A stretch of 64,000 nt of DNA from the human T2T-CHM13v2.0 reference genome, Homo sapiens, in the NCBI RefSeq assembly GCF_009914755.1, contig NC_060940.1. One strand, given 5' to 3'. A program made the translations under genes and the position numbers. The notes under the pieces are model-generated. The model ran no database searches. It was not told where the DNA came from and saw only the letters and a program-made list of their open reading frames with translations. The first letter of the stretch is position 1, and each line of letters begins with the position of its first letter. This document shows positions 1-13,356 of this stretch, piece by piece.

Positions 1-29
1 ACTTATGTGTAAATTTATTTCTACTAGGA

Positions 30-446
30 ACCCCAGTATGTGGTCTTATGTGTAAATAGAGCCTTCACATGTGTAATTGGTTAAGAATGTCGAGGTAAAA
101 TTATCCTGAATTTAGGGTGGGCCTTAAATCCGATGACGAGGATCTTTGTAAGGGAAAGGAGGGGGAGATTTGGACACAGAGAGGCACAGAGCAAAAGGTC
201 ATGTGAAGGCTATAGGCAGGGCTTGGAGGGCAGACACAGCCATGGAGTGCCAAAGAACGCCAGCAGGACCCAGGAGCTGAGACAGAGGAATGGGATGGGC
301 TATCCCTCAGACCCTTCAGAGGGAAAGTGGCCCTGCCCACACCTTGATTTCAGACTTGCAGCCTCCAGAATTATGAATCAATTTCTGTTGCTTTAAGCCA
401 CCACATTTATAGGATTCTCTTACAGCAAGAATAGGAATCTAATATA
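30..446 (+). mobile_element. MLT1B/C-like solo LTR (ERVL-MaLR)
   Basis: ATCCTGAATTTAGGGTGGGCCTTAAATCC, ACCTTGATTTCAGACTT..GCCTCCAGAA, ATTTCTGTTGCTTTAAGCCACC and ..AATCTAATATA end match the recalled MLT1 consensus. Confidence 0.8.
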
Positions 447-590
447 GGGGATGAAAGGTGTTTTGCTGAGAAGGAAGAGGACCAAGATATCGGTGATGAC
501 ATAATCCTTGAAATAATTGGGGAAGCAACCGAAAGAACTAAGCAAAGATTTTTGAAGAGCAACATAAAGAGCTGAGTCCACAGAATATCC

Positions 591-772
591 TTTTATTTTA
601 TTTATTTATTTATTTATTTTATTTTAGAAACAGGCTCTCCCTCTGTTGCCCAGGCTGGAATGTAGCAGCCCAGTTGTGGCTCACTGCAGCCTCATACTCT
701 TGGGCTCAAGCGATCCTCCCACGTTGGCACCCCAAAATGCTAGTATTACAGACATGAGCCACTTCACCTGGC
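591..772 (-). mobile_element. FRAM-like / AluJ-age Alu monomer, copy 1
   Basis: T-rich tail, CTGTTGCCCAGGCTGGA..GCTCACTGCAGCCTC..GGGCTCAAGCGATCCTCCC..TTACAGACATGAGCCAC; monomer length. Confidence 0.8.
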
Positions 773-782
773 TGAATATTCC

Positions 783-947
783 TTTTTTAAATTTTAGTGA
801 CAGGGTCTTGCACTGTTGCCTAGGCTGACATACAGTGGTGCAGCACGATCATGGCTCACTGCAGCCTCAGACTCCTGGGTTCAAAGGATCCTCCTGCCTT
901 GGCCTCCCAAAAGATTGGGATTACAGATGTGAACTACCTTGCCTGGC
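783..947 (-). mobile_element. FRAM-like / AluJ-age Alu monomer, copy 2 (tandem)
   Basis: Same monomer architecture immediately after copy 1. Confidence 0.8.
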
Positions 948-1974
948 TGAATCTTTTTCATATAAGAAATTCCATCTCCCAGTAGCCAGTGTGGCTGAAG
1001 AGAGGCCTTGGAAACACAAGAAGGTGTGAGAGACACAAATAGGGCAGAGGAAACAGCTTCATTCTCCAAAGGGTAAACCACACCCAACAGATCTGGGGAA
1101 ATCTAGTCCTGGCTGTAATGGGTACTCAGACAGTGAGGGAGCTGCAGACTTAATCCACACTGATTTTCAGGAGGCATTGGTACACCAGCCAGAAATAAGG
1201 GTGGATGAAAGGTTAGTGTGTATGTCCCTGTCTTTGAAGGAATGTAGAGCAAGGATGAAGAGCAGAGTCTAATGGGACTGATTGGGGTCACACAAGAAGG
1301 AGGTAACAAGTGTAAGATCATTCTGCTGGAGGGACTTTTCAAATAAAGATAATTCTAATGCCAGGCAGTCAGGGCTAAGAAGCAAAACTGATGCTTGGTC
1401 TCCTGCCTCTCTCCTTGGTGTCCAAGATGACCCTGAAGCTGTCACTTTGCTTCCTCCTGGGCAAACTGTTAAACTGGGACATTTGGTTCAACTTCAGTGA
1501 TGGTGGACTTCTTTTGGGAAGAGACTTCAAAGTGTCAACCCCCATGGCACCCCAACCCCTGCCTAATACAAGTATTTCATGTTGACCAATCAGAAGATGG
1601 TCATCCTCTCCATCACCTCCAGGCCATATCTGGCAGCCCCACTAACTGGGGGACTTTCTGGTTCTGGGGACAGTCTGGTTGGATGGCCCAAGCCTGGGCT
1701 TCCTGGGGGCAGTGGTCTGTGCTGAGGGATAAGGAACTTCTTACATTGCTGGAGGGAGAATATGCCTTATGAGGGTTGATTTAGTAATTAATTTCAAAAA
1801 CTAAAGAGGGACCTCTTTTCTTATACCCAGCCATTCTCCATCTAGGAACAAATCCTAACAAAATAATATCAGGAGCAAATGCAGAGATTGGTGTGGGCCC
1901 CGTGGAGGGGGAACCAGCTTTTACCTCCTGCAAGACAGGCATCCGACTTGTTCTTGGTCACAAGTGACTTATGT

Positions 1975-2110
1975 CTGCCTGGATGATGTATTTCACTTCT
2001 TTAAGCATCAGCTTCTCATCAGTAAAATGACAATAATAGTCACACCTACCTCACAGGGTTGCTTGGAGGATTAATTTAAATGAGGTAGGTAACATGGTAA
2101 AAACACACGG
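1975..2110 (+). mobile_element. MIR SINE fragment
   Basis: CAGCTTCTCATCAGTAAAATGACAATAATAGT..CCTACCTCACAGGGTTG MIR core. Confidence 0.75.
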
Positions 2111-2649
2111 AATATGTCCCGCAAATGGTAAAGCCACTTGTGGTTGTTTTTTTTTTAAATGAAGATTTCTATCTATGTCATAGTTTTGACTGAGAAAAAC
2201 CAAACAACTAAAATGTCTAAAGAGGTAGAGAATTAATTAAACATTTATATACGTACACACACAAATATATGTGTGTGTGAAGAAGTGTTAGTCTGTAAAC
2301 CATCATTTTTGAAAGATAGTTAATAGGTAATTATGTAGGGAAAAATCATGATAGAATATTAAATGGGTAAAGCAAAATGAAAATATGTATTATAGTAACA
2401 TTCCTCTATTATTATCATTTACACACACATACACACACACACAAATACAAATACAGCCCTATAGGAAAAACAACAGGATTTATAGCAAAATAAAAATATT
2501 GATTTTGCCTAGGAGTATGGACAATGCTAAGTTTCTTCTTTATGCTTTCAGTCTACTTTCAGAAATCTCATACAATGCATACGTATTATTTTAATAATGA
2601 AAATTAAAATATTAAGAAAAATTAGCGTGGATTTTATAGTCGGACAGGT

Positions 2650-2815
2650 ACATTCCAAAGCATGGCTTTCTGCTTATGAATTATATAGCCTTGGGCAAGT
2701 TCTTTTACTGAGTCTCAGTTTCCTTATATTTAAAAAAGGGCATGTGGGAGGAATAATTGAATGCATCTTAAAGGGCCATACTGAGAATGAAATAAGACAG
2801 GATGGGCAAAGTGTA
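2650..2815 (+). mobile_element. MIR SINE fragment
   Basis: CCTTGGGCAAGTT..CTGAGTCTCAGTTTCCTTATATTTAAAA core. Confidence 0.7.
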
Positions 2816-3260
2816 TTTACTCAAGGTCAGAGGATCATTGTGAGAAGATTCGGGCCAGTTTTAGCATCAGCATGTTTAGTGCACCACGAGAAATGCTGAG
2901 ACAGAGGCCTCGTCCCTTGGACACCGAAGCTACAACACTGTTTCTGGGTGCAGGGCTCCATGGAGAAGCCACAGAATGCTGCTTTGAAGGACTTTGGAAG
3001 ATTATTGCCCGGCCCACGTAATCTCCCCTTATCATAGCAACTAGTTTCAGAGTCCATTGGAAATCCCAGATTGATTTCAATGATGAATCACATCTATTAA
3101 TTGCATTGCATGGGCCAAGAGGATCAACATATGAGGAAATCTTTAAAAGGACACCCAACAGATAGGAACAGAAAGCCTGCTACGTGTATGTGAGAGTGGA
3201 GTTCAGTTTCTGGCAAAAATTAATAATGATGATTAAAAAATACATTGAAACACATAAAGA

Positions 3261-3577
3261 TTTATTTATTTATTTATTTATTTTTTTTGAGACGGAGTCT
3301 CACTCTGTCGCCCAGACTGGAGTGCAGCGGCACAATCTCGGCTCACTGCAAGCTCCTCCTCCTGGGTTCACGCCATTCTCCTGCCTCAGCCCCCTGAGCA
3401 GCTGGAACTACAGGCACCTGCCACCATACCCGTCTAATTTTTTGTATTTTTTTTTTTTTAGTAGAGATGGGGTTTCACCATGTTAGCCAGGATGGTCTGG
3501 ATCTCCTGACCTCGTGATCTGCCCGCCTTGGCCTCCCAAAGTGCTGGGATTACAGGCGTGAGCCACTGCGCCCGGCC
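3261..3577 (-). mobile_element. AluY-like full-length Alu
   Basis: GCAAGCTCC..GGGTTCACGCCATTCTCC and TTAGCCAGGATGGTCT..GACCTCGTGATC diagnostic segments; (TTTA)n tail. Confidence 0.92.
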
Positions 3578-3629
3578 AACATACAGATGTTTTTATGTAT
3601 CAGTTCCCGGGAGAAGCACAGGTTGTTTG

Positions 3630-3785
3630 TTTGTTTAATCCATTTACTCTTTACAAGAACCCTTTTTACAAATGAGGAGACCAAGTCTTCAGAGATGTAA
3701 CATATGGAAGACACAGAGCAAATAGATGGCTCAGCTGGGATTCAAAACCCTTAGAAGGCTGTAAGTCCAGAGTTCAGGTGCTAAC
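3630..3785 (-). mobile_element. MIR SINE fragment
   Basis: TTTTACAAATGAGGAGACC..CAGCTGGGATTCAAAACCC. Confidence 0.65.
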
Positions 3786-4449
3786 CCCCCAAGCTCAGGT
3801 GCCCCTTGTCCACTGCACTCCACTGGCCAGGGCCACTCACAGACCCTTGCTGGATTTCAAAGCTGAATATCTTCCATGGAGTCAGGGAAGGATGAAGGGA
3901 AAGAGTACAGAATACGCTTTGTCGACTGATTGACAGCAAAGGACCAGTTTGCATCAGACGCTCCCTCATCCCTGTCTCATCCAGGAGGTAGTTCTGAAAT
4001 ATTCCAATTCCCGGAGGCCCTTTTATTATTATAATTGCTCCTAAATGTTTTGATTGTGGTGTATTATAGATGTTATTTCAAACCAGCTTTTAGCCTGATA
4101 AGACACTAATGCATGCATACATGACCATTCTTTTGAGCAGACCATCCTTAATAAAAACAATACATCAGACACTGACTCTTATTAAAGGGGACTTAATCTC
4201 TCATAGCAAGCCTTTCTTCGGACAATGACCTCTCATGAAGTGTCAGTAACCTGGCTTAGGGGTCAATGAGAAATTGAAAGAAAGAAAAGAGAGACAGAGA
4301 CAGAGAGAAAAAAAAGAGAGAAAAGGAAAGCAGGGACGGGCAGAGGGGAAAGGAGGAAGGAAAGGAGCTGTTATTTTATCTCATTTTCATCAATGGAAGG
4401 GGATATGTCTCTCTAGGATATTTGCTAAGCTATGCAGATCCTCTGGGAG

Positions 4450-4800
4450 AGGCACTGGGTATGGTTCATAGAGCACTAGATTAGGAACCTGAAATCTTGG
4501 GTTCTAAGATCAGTACCACCAGTTACCAATATGTGTTTTTGAACAGTCGCTTGTCCTCTGTGCTTCTTCTATAGTAACCTGAGATTGCCCCTGCCTTGCC
4601 TAGCTGGAGTGTCTGCGTCTCTGTTTGCCTAGGACAGCCCCAGGTTACACCTGTTGTCCTAGTGTGAGTATTAATAGCACCCTTTCACCTCTAGAAGTGA
4701 CCCTGTTTGGGTGATAAATTACATAATCACCCATCTAACTTATAGTGTTATGATCACTAAGAAGATAAAGGTTTGAAAATGCTTTACAAAAGCTAAAGCC
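4450..4800 (+). mobile_element. MIR SINE split by MER81
   Basis: AGAGCACTAGATTAGGAACCTGAAATCTTGGGTTCT 5' part; GAAAATGCTTTACAAAAGCTAAAGC 3' part resumes after the insert. Confidence 0.6.
4605..4733 (-). mobile_element. MER81 (hAT-Blackjack MITE)
   Basis: GTTTGCCTAGGACAGCCCCAGGTTACACCTGTTGTCC..ATTAATAGCACCCTTTCAC..GATAAATTACATAATCACCC matches reverse of recalled MER81. Confidence 0.7.
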
Positions 4801-4865
4801 CCATTATGGGCTAAAGGGATTGAAGGCACGTCTCACTTCCTCTGAATGCTACATTTAAGAAATCA

Positions 4866-5196
4866 GGCCGGGCGCAGTGGCTCATGTCTGCACTCTCAGT
4901 GCTTTGGGAGGCAAGGTGGGAGGATCACTTGAACCCAGAAGTTCAAGACCAGCCTGGGCAGCACAGTGAGACACCCATCTCTAAAAAAAAAAATTAGCCG
5001 AGCACAGTGGTAAGCACCTCTAGTCCCAGCTACACAGGTTGCGAGTCAGGAGGATCACTTGAGCCAAGGAGTTTGAGGTTGAAAGGTTGCAGTGAGCTAT
5101 GATCGTGCCACTGCACTCCAGCCTGGGTGACAGAGTGAGACACTGTCTCAAGAAAAATTAAAAAAAAGAGAGAGAAAAAAACAGAAGAAAAAGTAA
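4866..5196 (+). mobile_element. AluJ full-length
   Basis: GGGAGGATCACTTGA in both arms, GAGCTATGATCGTGCCACTG; TSD AAGAAATCA. Confidence 0.9.
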
Positions 5197-5357
5197 AAGA
5201 AATCAACATTGGTTTCACAAGAGTTTTTGGTAATATAGATAAATGTTCAATATTATAAATTGGGTGTATTCAAAATGATGTATGCAGTGTTATCACTACA
5301 TACATGAGCAAAAAATATTTCATGGAGACATACAAAGTGACAACATGGGTGTCTTTG

Positions 5358-6132
5358 GGGAGACTGTTAGGGGTTAATACAGCTGATGACTTTAAGTTGA
5401 AGCCAAAGCTTACTTACTATTGTGAAAAAGCTAGGTTCCTTAAGAATGATGCTAAATCTATTTTGCCTAGGTGCTGTAAGTGGAGAAACAATGTCTGGAT
5501 GACAGCACATCTGATTACAACATGGTTCGCTGGATATTTTAATCCCACTGTTAAGACCTACTGCTCAAAAAAAAAAAAAAAAAGATTCCTTTCAAAATAT
5601 TACTGCTCATTAAAGCAATGCACCTGGTCATTCAAGAGCTCTGATGGAGATGTACAAGGTGATGGATGTTGTTTTCATGCCTGCTAACAGAATATTCAAC
5701 CTGCAGCCCATGGACCAAGGAATAATTTTGAATTTTAAGTCTTTTTGTTTAAGAAATACATTTCATAAGGCAATAGCTGCTATAAGTAGTGACCCCTCTG
5801 GTGGATCTGGGCAAAGTAAATTGAAAACCTTCTGGAAAGTATTCACCGTTCTAGATGCCATTAGAAACGTTTGTGATTCATGGAGGGAGATCAAAATATA
5901 AACATTAATAGGAGTTTGTAAGAAGTTGATTCTAATTCTCATGAACGACTAAAGGGTTCCAGACTTTAACTGCAGATATGATGGAATTAGCAAGAGAACT
6001 TGAATTACAAATGGAGCCTGTGGGAGGCTGAGGCAGGAGAATCGCTTGAGCCCAGGAGGTGGAGGACGTTGTTGTTAGCTGAGATCACGTCACTGTACTC
6101 TACGAGACAGAGCGAGATTCCATCTCAAAAAA

Positions 6133-6164
<32 letters not shown>

Positions 6165-6461
6165 AGAAAAGAAATGGAGCCTGAAGATATGACTGAATTG
6201 CTGCAGTCTCATAATAAAACTTGAATGAATGAGATGTTGCTGCTTATGGAAGAAAAAAGAAAGTGTCTTCCTGAGATGGAATCAACTCCTGATGCTATGA
6301 TAACAAAAAAATTAGAATATTCCATACACTTAGTTGATAAAGCAGCAGCAGCGTTTGAGAGGTTTGATTCCAGTTTTGAAAGGAATTCTGCTGTGGGTAA
6401 AATGCTATCAAATAGTGCCACATGCCACAGAGAAACTGTTAGTGAAAGAGCAAGCCAATGA
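5358..6461 (+). pseudogene. Decayed Tigger1 (pogo-family DDE) transposase
   Basis: ORF pieces 5304-5687, 5644-5901 and 6225-6461 are consecutive transposase segments broken by frameshifts, stops and an Alu. Confidence 0.85.
6021..6171 (+). mobile_element. 5'-truncated Alu right arm inside Tigger1
   Basis: GGGAGGCTGAGGCAGGAGAATCGCTTGA, poly(A)/(AAAAG)n tail; TSD AAATGGAGCCTG at 6009-6020 and 6172-6183. Confidence 0.9.
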
Positions 6462-6654
6462 ATGCAGCAAACTTCATTGTCGTCCTATTGTAAGAAATTG
6501 CTGCAGCCATTCCATCCTACAGCAACCACCACTATGATAAGTCAGCAGCCATCGGAATAGAGGCAAGACCCTCCATCCCAAAAAAGATTGTGACTTTCTG
6601 AAGGCTCAGATGAATGCTAGCATTTTTTTTTTTTTTTTAGCAATGAAGCATTTT

Positions 6655-6968
<314 letters not shown>

Positions 6969-7056
6969 TGAAGCATTTTAAATTAAGTTATATACATTTA
7001 AAAAAAAAAACACACACAATGCTACTACAGACTTTATACTACAGTATAGTATAAAC

Positions 7057-7580
7057 CAGCATTCCCCAAACTTTTTGGCACCAGGGACTCGTTTCATGGA
7101 AGATAATATTTTCCCAGACCTTGGGGGGAGGCAGGGATGGTTTGGGGATGCTTCAAGCACATTACATTTATTGTGCACTTTATTTCTGTTATGATTACAT
7201 TGTATATATAATGAAATAATTATACAACTCACCATAACATAGAACACTGGGAACCCCGAGATTGTTTTCCTCCAATGAGACAGTCCCATCTGGGGGTGAT
7301 GGGAGACAGTGACAGATCATCAGGCATTAGATCCTCATAAGGAGCATGCAGCCCAGACTCCTGGCATGCACAGTTCACAATAGGGTTTGTATTCCCAGGA
7401 GAATCTAATGCTGCCACCGATCTGACAGGAGGCGGTGGTAATGCCAAGTGACGAGGAGTGGCTGTAAATACACATGAAGCTTCATTCACTTGCCCACTTG
7501 CCCTCTTGATGCGCTGCCCAGTTCCTAACAGGCCATGGGCCACTGGTACTGGTCTGTGGCCCGAAGGTTGGGGAACCCTG
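7057..7580. mobile_element. MER1A (hAT-Charlie) full length, inside Tigger1
   Basis: TIRs CAGCATTCCCCAA / TTGGGGAACCCTG, 524 bp, perfect 8-bp TSD GTATAAAC at 7049-7056 and 7581-7588. Confidence 0.9.
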
Positions 7581-7889
7581 GTATAAACATAACTTTTATA
7601 TGCAGTGAGAAACCAAAAAAATCATGTGACTCACTTAATTACTGTATTTGCTTTATTGTGGTGGTCTGGAACAGAACCCGCAATAGCTGTGCGGTGTGCT
7701 TGTTATTTAGTTTTCTCTCCTCAGCTTTCTGAGTTTTACTTACTACCTCTCTTCCTGCTAGAGAAATTAAAATATCACCTCTTTCTGCATGCACGCAGCA
7801 AACATTTATGAAGCAGTTGCTCTGTGTGAGGCAGAATGCTACAACGCCGGCCTACAGCAGGACAGAGGCAGGGTCAGGAAGATGTGGAC

Positions 7890-8035
7890 TCTAGGGAAGG
7901 GTCTCCCACCAACCTATTTAGTGATGTTCCAGAAGTTTTTCCTTTTACTGGGATTCAGTTTCTCCATGTGTAAAATAGCAGTCGTTTCACCAGATGAATT
8001 CTAACCTCACTTCTGGCACTAATAAGCTATGATTT
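7890..8035 (+). mobile_element. MIR3-like SINE fragment
   Basis: TCAGTTTCTCCATGTGTAAAATAG core plus CAGATGAATTCTAACCTCACTTCTGGCACTAA..CTATGATT tail. Confidence 0.6.
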
Positions 8036-10223
8036 ACCCAGAAAGTGCAGATTCAGATCCCCCAGGTAACTCTAGAAGAGGTTCAAGATTAGATCTTAAC
8101 CCCTTTCCCGCTCCTCACCCCAGAGAATTTCAGCAGCGGCTATGCAAGCTTATGGGCTTCCAACTTTTTATGACATTTTGATGCTTTCTTTTAAGATGGG
8201 CAGAAATTTCTTTCAGAATAGTTTGGAATTGACAGACGCCGCTAAAACAATTGCTGCTCTTTTAGGCAATTCTGAAAAATCTGAGGGAAACCCATGTTCC
8301 TCTTTCCATAGTATTCCCTTATTATTAAGCAATCAATGCTGAGAGTGTAACTTTTCACTTACATCAGCTCTCCTAAAATCATCGTGTCATCTCACAGAGT
8401 TACACGCAGAGTAACGAGTAAAGTGTTGTTTAAAACCAAATAAACCCGCTTGCATTCTCATAGACTTACCTTTAGTACAATTTATAAAATTGTGATTGTT
8501 TAGGTCATTTTCAGTGCTCCTTATTAGACAGAAATTGTCTTTTATTGGCTCTGCTTTTTAACGGATGTTAACTTGCATCAACAGACTACCACAAAATGCA
8601 CCTGCATTGGAGAAATGTCCATCTATCAATGTAGACTCTTGCAAAGAATTCCAAGTGTTAGACAAATTGTTTCCATTAAGCTGAAAATACTCCTTCGGGT
8701 GTGAGCTTTTAATTCATGAGTTGCTGTAAACTGATTCAAATAATAAGGAGGCTTTTCCCCCAACCCCCTGGCCTGATAGCAAACTAGTGAAGAACGTGCT
8801 CAATCCCTCAAGAAGATATTGTATTGTGATTCCTACAATTGTCCTGAAGTTCAAACAATGCTGTTCTGTGAGAAAATGTGGTTTTTATAAGGCTATTATT
8901 TTGTCTGACTGTTTTATTCCTATTTTACAAAGAAAGTGTGAAATTTGACTGACAACTCGGATGGAGATGGAGATGGAGAGTAATCAGAATTGTGGCCCAT
9001 GGAGAAATTAAGAGAGAAACAAGGAGCTGATAAAAACTGAAAACAGAAAAAAAAAATGCAGCCACATTTAACATTTTTACATTTTTTTTTTCTATTTTGG
9101 AAAAGCACCAAGCAGCACAGAAGAAATTAAGAGGAAACTTGATGAAAAACTCTATTTATTACCATAGCAGAGAATAGACACTGATGTCTCCTTTTTTCAC
9201 GGTAATGTTCACAGGATGATGTCTAGAGTTAATTTAGGCTAATCATATCACTCCACACAAGGTAATCTTACCTGTACAGCAACACTTCTGAAGTCTCATA
9301 AAATGTGTCTTTTTATTGTAATTATAGTAGGGCAAGCCACATCCCCAGAAACCTGAAAGGAATAAGGCAACTTTGCCCATAAAGAAAATGCTACCCACCA
9401 CCTTCAGTTTGCAGGGCCCGTCCAGTTAAAACTAACATGTAGTTGTTTAGTCTATGCTAGGCATTGTGCTAACTGGAAAAGGGTTAGCTAATTCATGTAG
9501 TTATGTGGTAGGCATTTATAAGTGCCCATGTCTGCCAGCAGATGCGCCCTGCCTGTCCACAGGAGGCTAATAGGACCACAAAACAATGGTAAAAGGGTGA
9601 CAGCAGAGGGCTATACAAAGGGACCCAAGACCACAAAGGGACTCAAGCTCCTCAGAGACCACTTCCCTTCCCGTTTACCAATGTCTCTGTCAGCTAAATT
9701 GTTCAAAAGAGGAAGTCGTGACTTTGCCTTCCTTGAAGCATTTCTGGCTCTGCCTAAGCTCTTTCAATGTTATTTTGCGGTTCAAGCTACAATCCTGAAA
9801 CATAACTGCAACTGGTTATTGAAAAATGCAAATGAGTTACATGTTCAGGATTAAAATGAAACATTCTTTTCTGAGTCAGCAAAAAGTTTGAAGTATATAC
9901 ATTTAAAATATCTTTTTTATTACAATAGTAAAATATGCTCATTGAAAAAAAATACCCAAACAACACAGGAGGAAATAAAGCAAAAAGTAAAAATATTCCC
10001 CTTCCCCAAGGCTTCTAAAGCTTCTTTCAGAGTTCAAGGTCTATGCTTCTAGACTTTTGCTATGCCTAACTAAACATGTATCTATAAAGTTTTAAATGCT
10101 CAGAAGCCATACAACTATATTCATTTCAAACTAGGTACAGCAAATTTATATTTACTGAGCACTTACATGTGTGCAGAGTCTCTTAGTGCTTTGCATGCAT
10201 TACTTTGTATCCATCGTATTCTG

Positions 10224-10448
10224 CAGGAGTCCGCAAAGGTTGACCTGGGGGCCAAATCCCATCCCTCGCCTATTTCTGTAAATAAAGTTTTATTGGAACT
10301 CAGCCACATTCATTTGTTTACATATGGTCTCTGATTGCTTTTGTGCTACAGTGACAGAATCGAGAGACTGCAATAGAGACAGTGTGGCCTGCAAAGCCTA
10401 AAATATTTACTCTTTTGTCCTTTACAGAAAAGAAATTGCTGACCCCTG
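10224..10448. mobile_element. MER58A (hAT-Charlie MITE)
   Basis: CAGGAGTCCGCAAA..GTAAATAAAGTTTTATTGGAAC..AAAATATTTACT..TTGCTGACCCCTG. Confidence 0.88.
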
Positions 10449-10852
10449 ACAGAGTAGATAATTTTATGTGGAGAAAAAGGACACTGGGTGTATATAAAAC
10501 AAGCTATTAACATAGGTTAAATTATGAGCAACTCTAAGTATCTTCTTCATCCATTGCTGTGCTGTGTAAATTTTTAATAATGATGTGCCTATTTATTTTG
10601 TGCCTTAACTACATATATGCAATTTAAATAAAAGTCTATCTTATGATGAAAAAACTGATAAACTGTTAGTAAGGAAAGTCTTAGAAATTAAGACAATTTA
10701 TAACTGGCATTTCCACTGTGTGCATGCAAATACAATACTCTAGAAGGATTTTTTAAAAAAGAGTTTGCAAACACTCTATAAGATGACTTTTTTTCAGTAA
10801 AATTTACCCTCTCATTTTCTCAGGGCATGTATTTTCTTGGTGATTTGAAAAA

Positions 10853-11235
10853 TGTGGCAGACACAGATAATCGTGCATCAGACTTGCTATTGCTTCTATT
10901 TGGGCACCTAGATTCCATTTCTCAGCTTCTTTGGAGTCAGCATGGCCATGCAACTGAGTCCTCGTTAAAGGGATGTGGGCAGAGTGGAAGCACTCCACTT
11001 CCAGACCTGGTCCATAAAACCCTCCCTGCTCACACCTCCTCCAGTTGGCTGAAAGGGAGATTACCTCTTGAGTGCACTTGGGAAGAGAACGAAGATTACA
11101 GAGTCGCGAGATGAAAGAACCTGTGCCCCTGGATCAACACTTGGAGGAGAGCCACTCAGGCGAGCTGCCTGTTATATGAGCGAGGAATTAATTTTGCATT
11201 AAGCCTTTGCGATGTGGAGGTTTATCTGTTACTTT
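10853..11235 (+). mobile_element. MLT1J-like LTR
   Basis: TGTGGCAGACAC start, CATTTCTCAGCTTCTTTGGAGTCAG, CACTTCCAGACCTGGTCCATAAAACCCTCCC, CACTTGGAGGAGAGCCAC. Confidence 0.7.
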
Positions 11236-12099
11236 TCATAATGAGAGCTCACTGTATTTATGGAGCTAGCTGTTGACAGATGGCTTTGGGATGGAAAAAC
11301 GATATAGAAGTCCCTTCTCTAGGTAATGTCATCCAATAGCTTCTCCTTGAAATCAAAGCACTGGAAACACTTTTCAGACCTCCGCCTAACTGGTACTCAA
11401 TCATAGTGAGTAAGTGGTACCTACAACTCCCACCCAAGCCTTTATCTGCCTCTATTCTGAGGTCTCTACTCTAGCAATAATGGTGTCCTTAGGGACCAAT
11501 CCCATCTCTCCCCTGCCAGTATCATATTCACCATGCTTCCTAGTCAAACTCCTCCCTCTCTGCCACATGATACTGGGTTCCATGCAACCTAAGATGGCAT
11601 CCGGTAACAATTTTTAAATTTATCAACCAGGATACTTTCTCACCTACTGACTCCTATACATCTTGATAGAAGATAAAGGACCATTCTGCCATCAGCAAGG
11701 AAGCAATGTAGATAAATTCCAAGCCATTTATAATTCATTCCATCTTCATTAAGTATTCATACACTACTATTGGCAATCACCTAAGCATTTTATGTAATGA
11801 AAAACAGAATAGCTAGAAAAGAAACTGGGAAAGGTCGGCTTTATTAGGAGACTGGGGGACAGGAAAATAATCAATTTGCTATATTCTTTATCCCAAACTT
11901 TTTCTTGCAGGAAGGATTTCTGGATAGGTCGGTCACAAGTGAATTAAGTAGCTATCTTGAGGGTGATTTGAACAGCACCAATAGAACGTCACTGCTATTC
12001 TCTTTGATTCATTCAGCCCATATTTATTGGAGACTGGCTTTGACAGGCCCTGAGAATAAAATAGGTATTCCTTTCTTAAAGTCTGGACATCTTAAGAAG

Positions 12100-12145
12100 A
12101 TGTGGATTAAACACACTGAATGTATGTGGATTAAACACACTGAAT
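12100..12145. repeat. 24-bp tandem duplication
   Basis: ATGTGGATTAAACACACTGAAT at 12100 and again at 12124. Confidence 0.95.
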
Positions 12146-12249
12146 CCAGAGTGAAAATACTAAATACCTACCTTGCTATTAAAATTAGTTTATTGGATTA
12201 TTATTAATAATAATAATGGCATTAATTCATAATAACTCACCATAATTAG

Positions 12250-12495
12250 GATAGCCAAAATGTATTGAGATTCTACAACTGGCCAACTCCTAAACAGAGA
12301 AAAGTGTTCCATGCATATCTCATTTAATTGTTATAGGAACGCTGAGATTTCATTTCTATGATTCGTTCCCATTTTAGGGATGAATACATTAAGATTCTAA
12401 GAGATTAAGCGATTGCTAAAGATAAGACAGCAAGTCATTGACCATGGAGAGGCTGAACTTCATATCAGTGTGGACCCAGAGCCCAAGCCCATAAG
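12250..12495 (-). mobile_element. MIR SINE
   Basis: ATCTCATTTAAT..CCCATTTTAGGGATGAA..AGAGATTAAGCGATTGCTAAAGAT. Confidence 0.65.
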
Positions 12496-13074
12496 CCCTC
12501 AGGGCCATTGTTCCCTAAGACAGAGAAGATGTAGAAATAAATGGTGGGGCATCAGGGTGAAAGGACAGTGAAGAGAGAGGGCCCTGCAGAGTCGAAGGAA
12601 GTCTGTTGTAAGAGAAGGCTACCAGAAATCCGAGACCAGCTGTGCCTCCCTCAGGGGTTTACCAATATTGGTCTTGATTACTTGTCACAGACACCATTCC
12701 ATCCAACCCAGCTAGTAGCATAGAGAGTAAATGAAATTAGAAGAAGAAAAGGAAGAACTGCCAGTATACTCATTAATCTTTAAGTGATGTCAAAGAATTA
12801 TCCCTTCCTACTAATTACAGGAATCATGCAGCCCATTTCCCCTAAAGGAAAATGCTCTTGGATTCAACAGTCAAGCTTGGGAATAAATTTAAGATTGGCC
12901 AGATCCCTACACACCTGTTCTTTCAAACATCTGCCTCTCCGTAAGCTGATCCTCTGAGTTTGGTCAATTCAGCATGGTGACCTGGAGAGGCTGATCACAT
13001 TCATGACAATGTCTCTGGAAAACATGATTCCATTTTTACCCCATAGCTGTGATCTGAAAGAATTCTCACCACTC

Positions 13075-13356
<282 letters not shown>

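Noticed and set aside
5304-6461. Transposase-like ORFs as a domesticated TIGD-type gene
   Set aside because: Frameshifts, stops, an Alu insertion and a missing N-terminus; ordinary dead Tigger1
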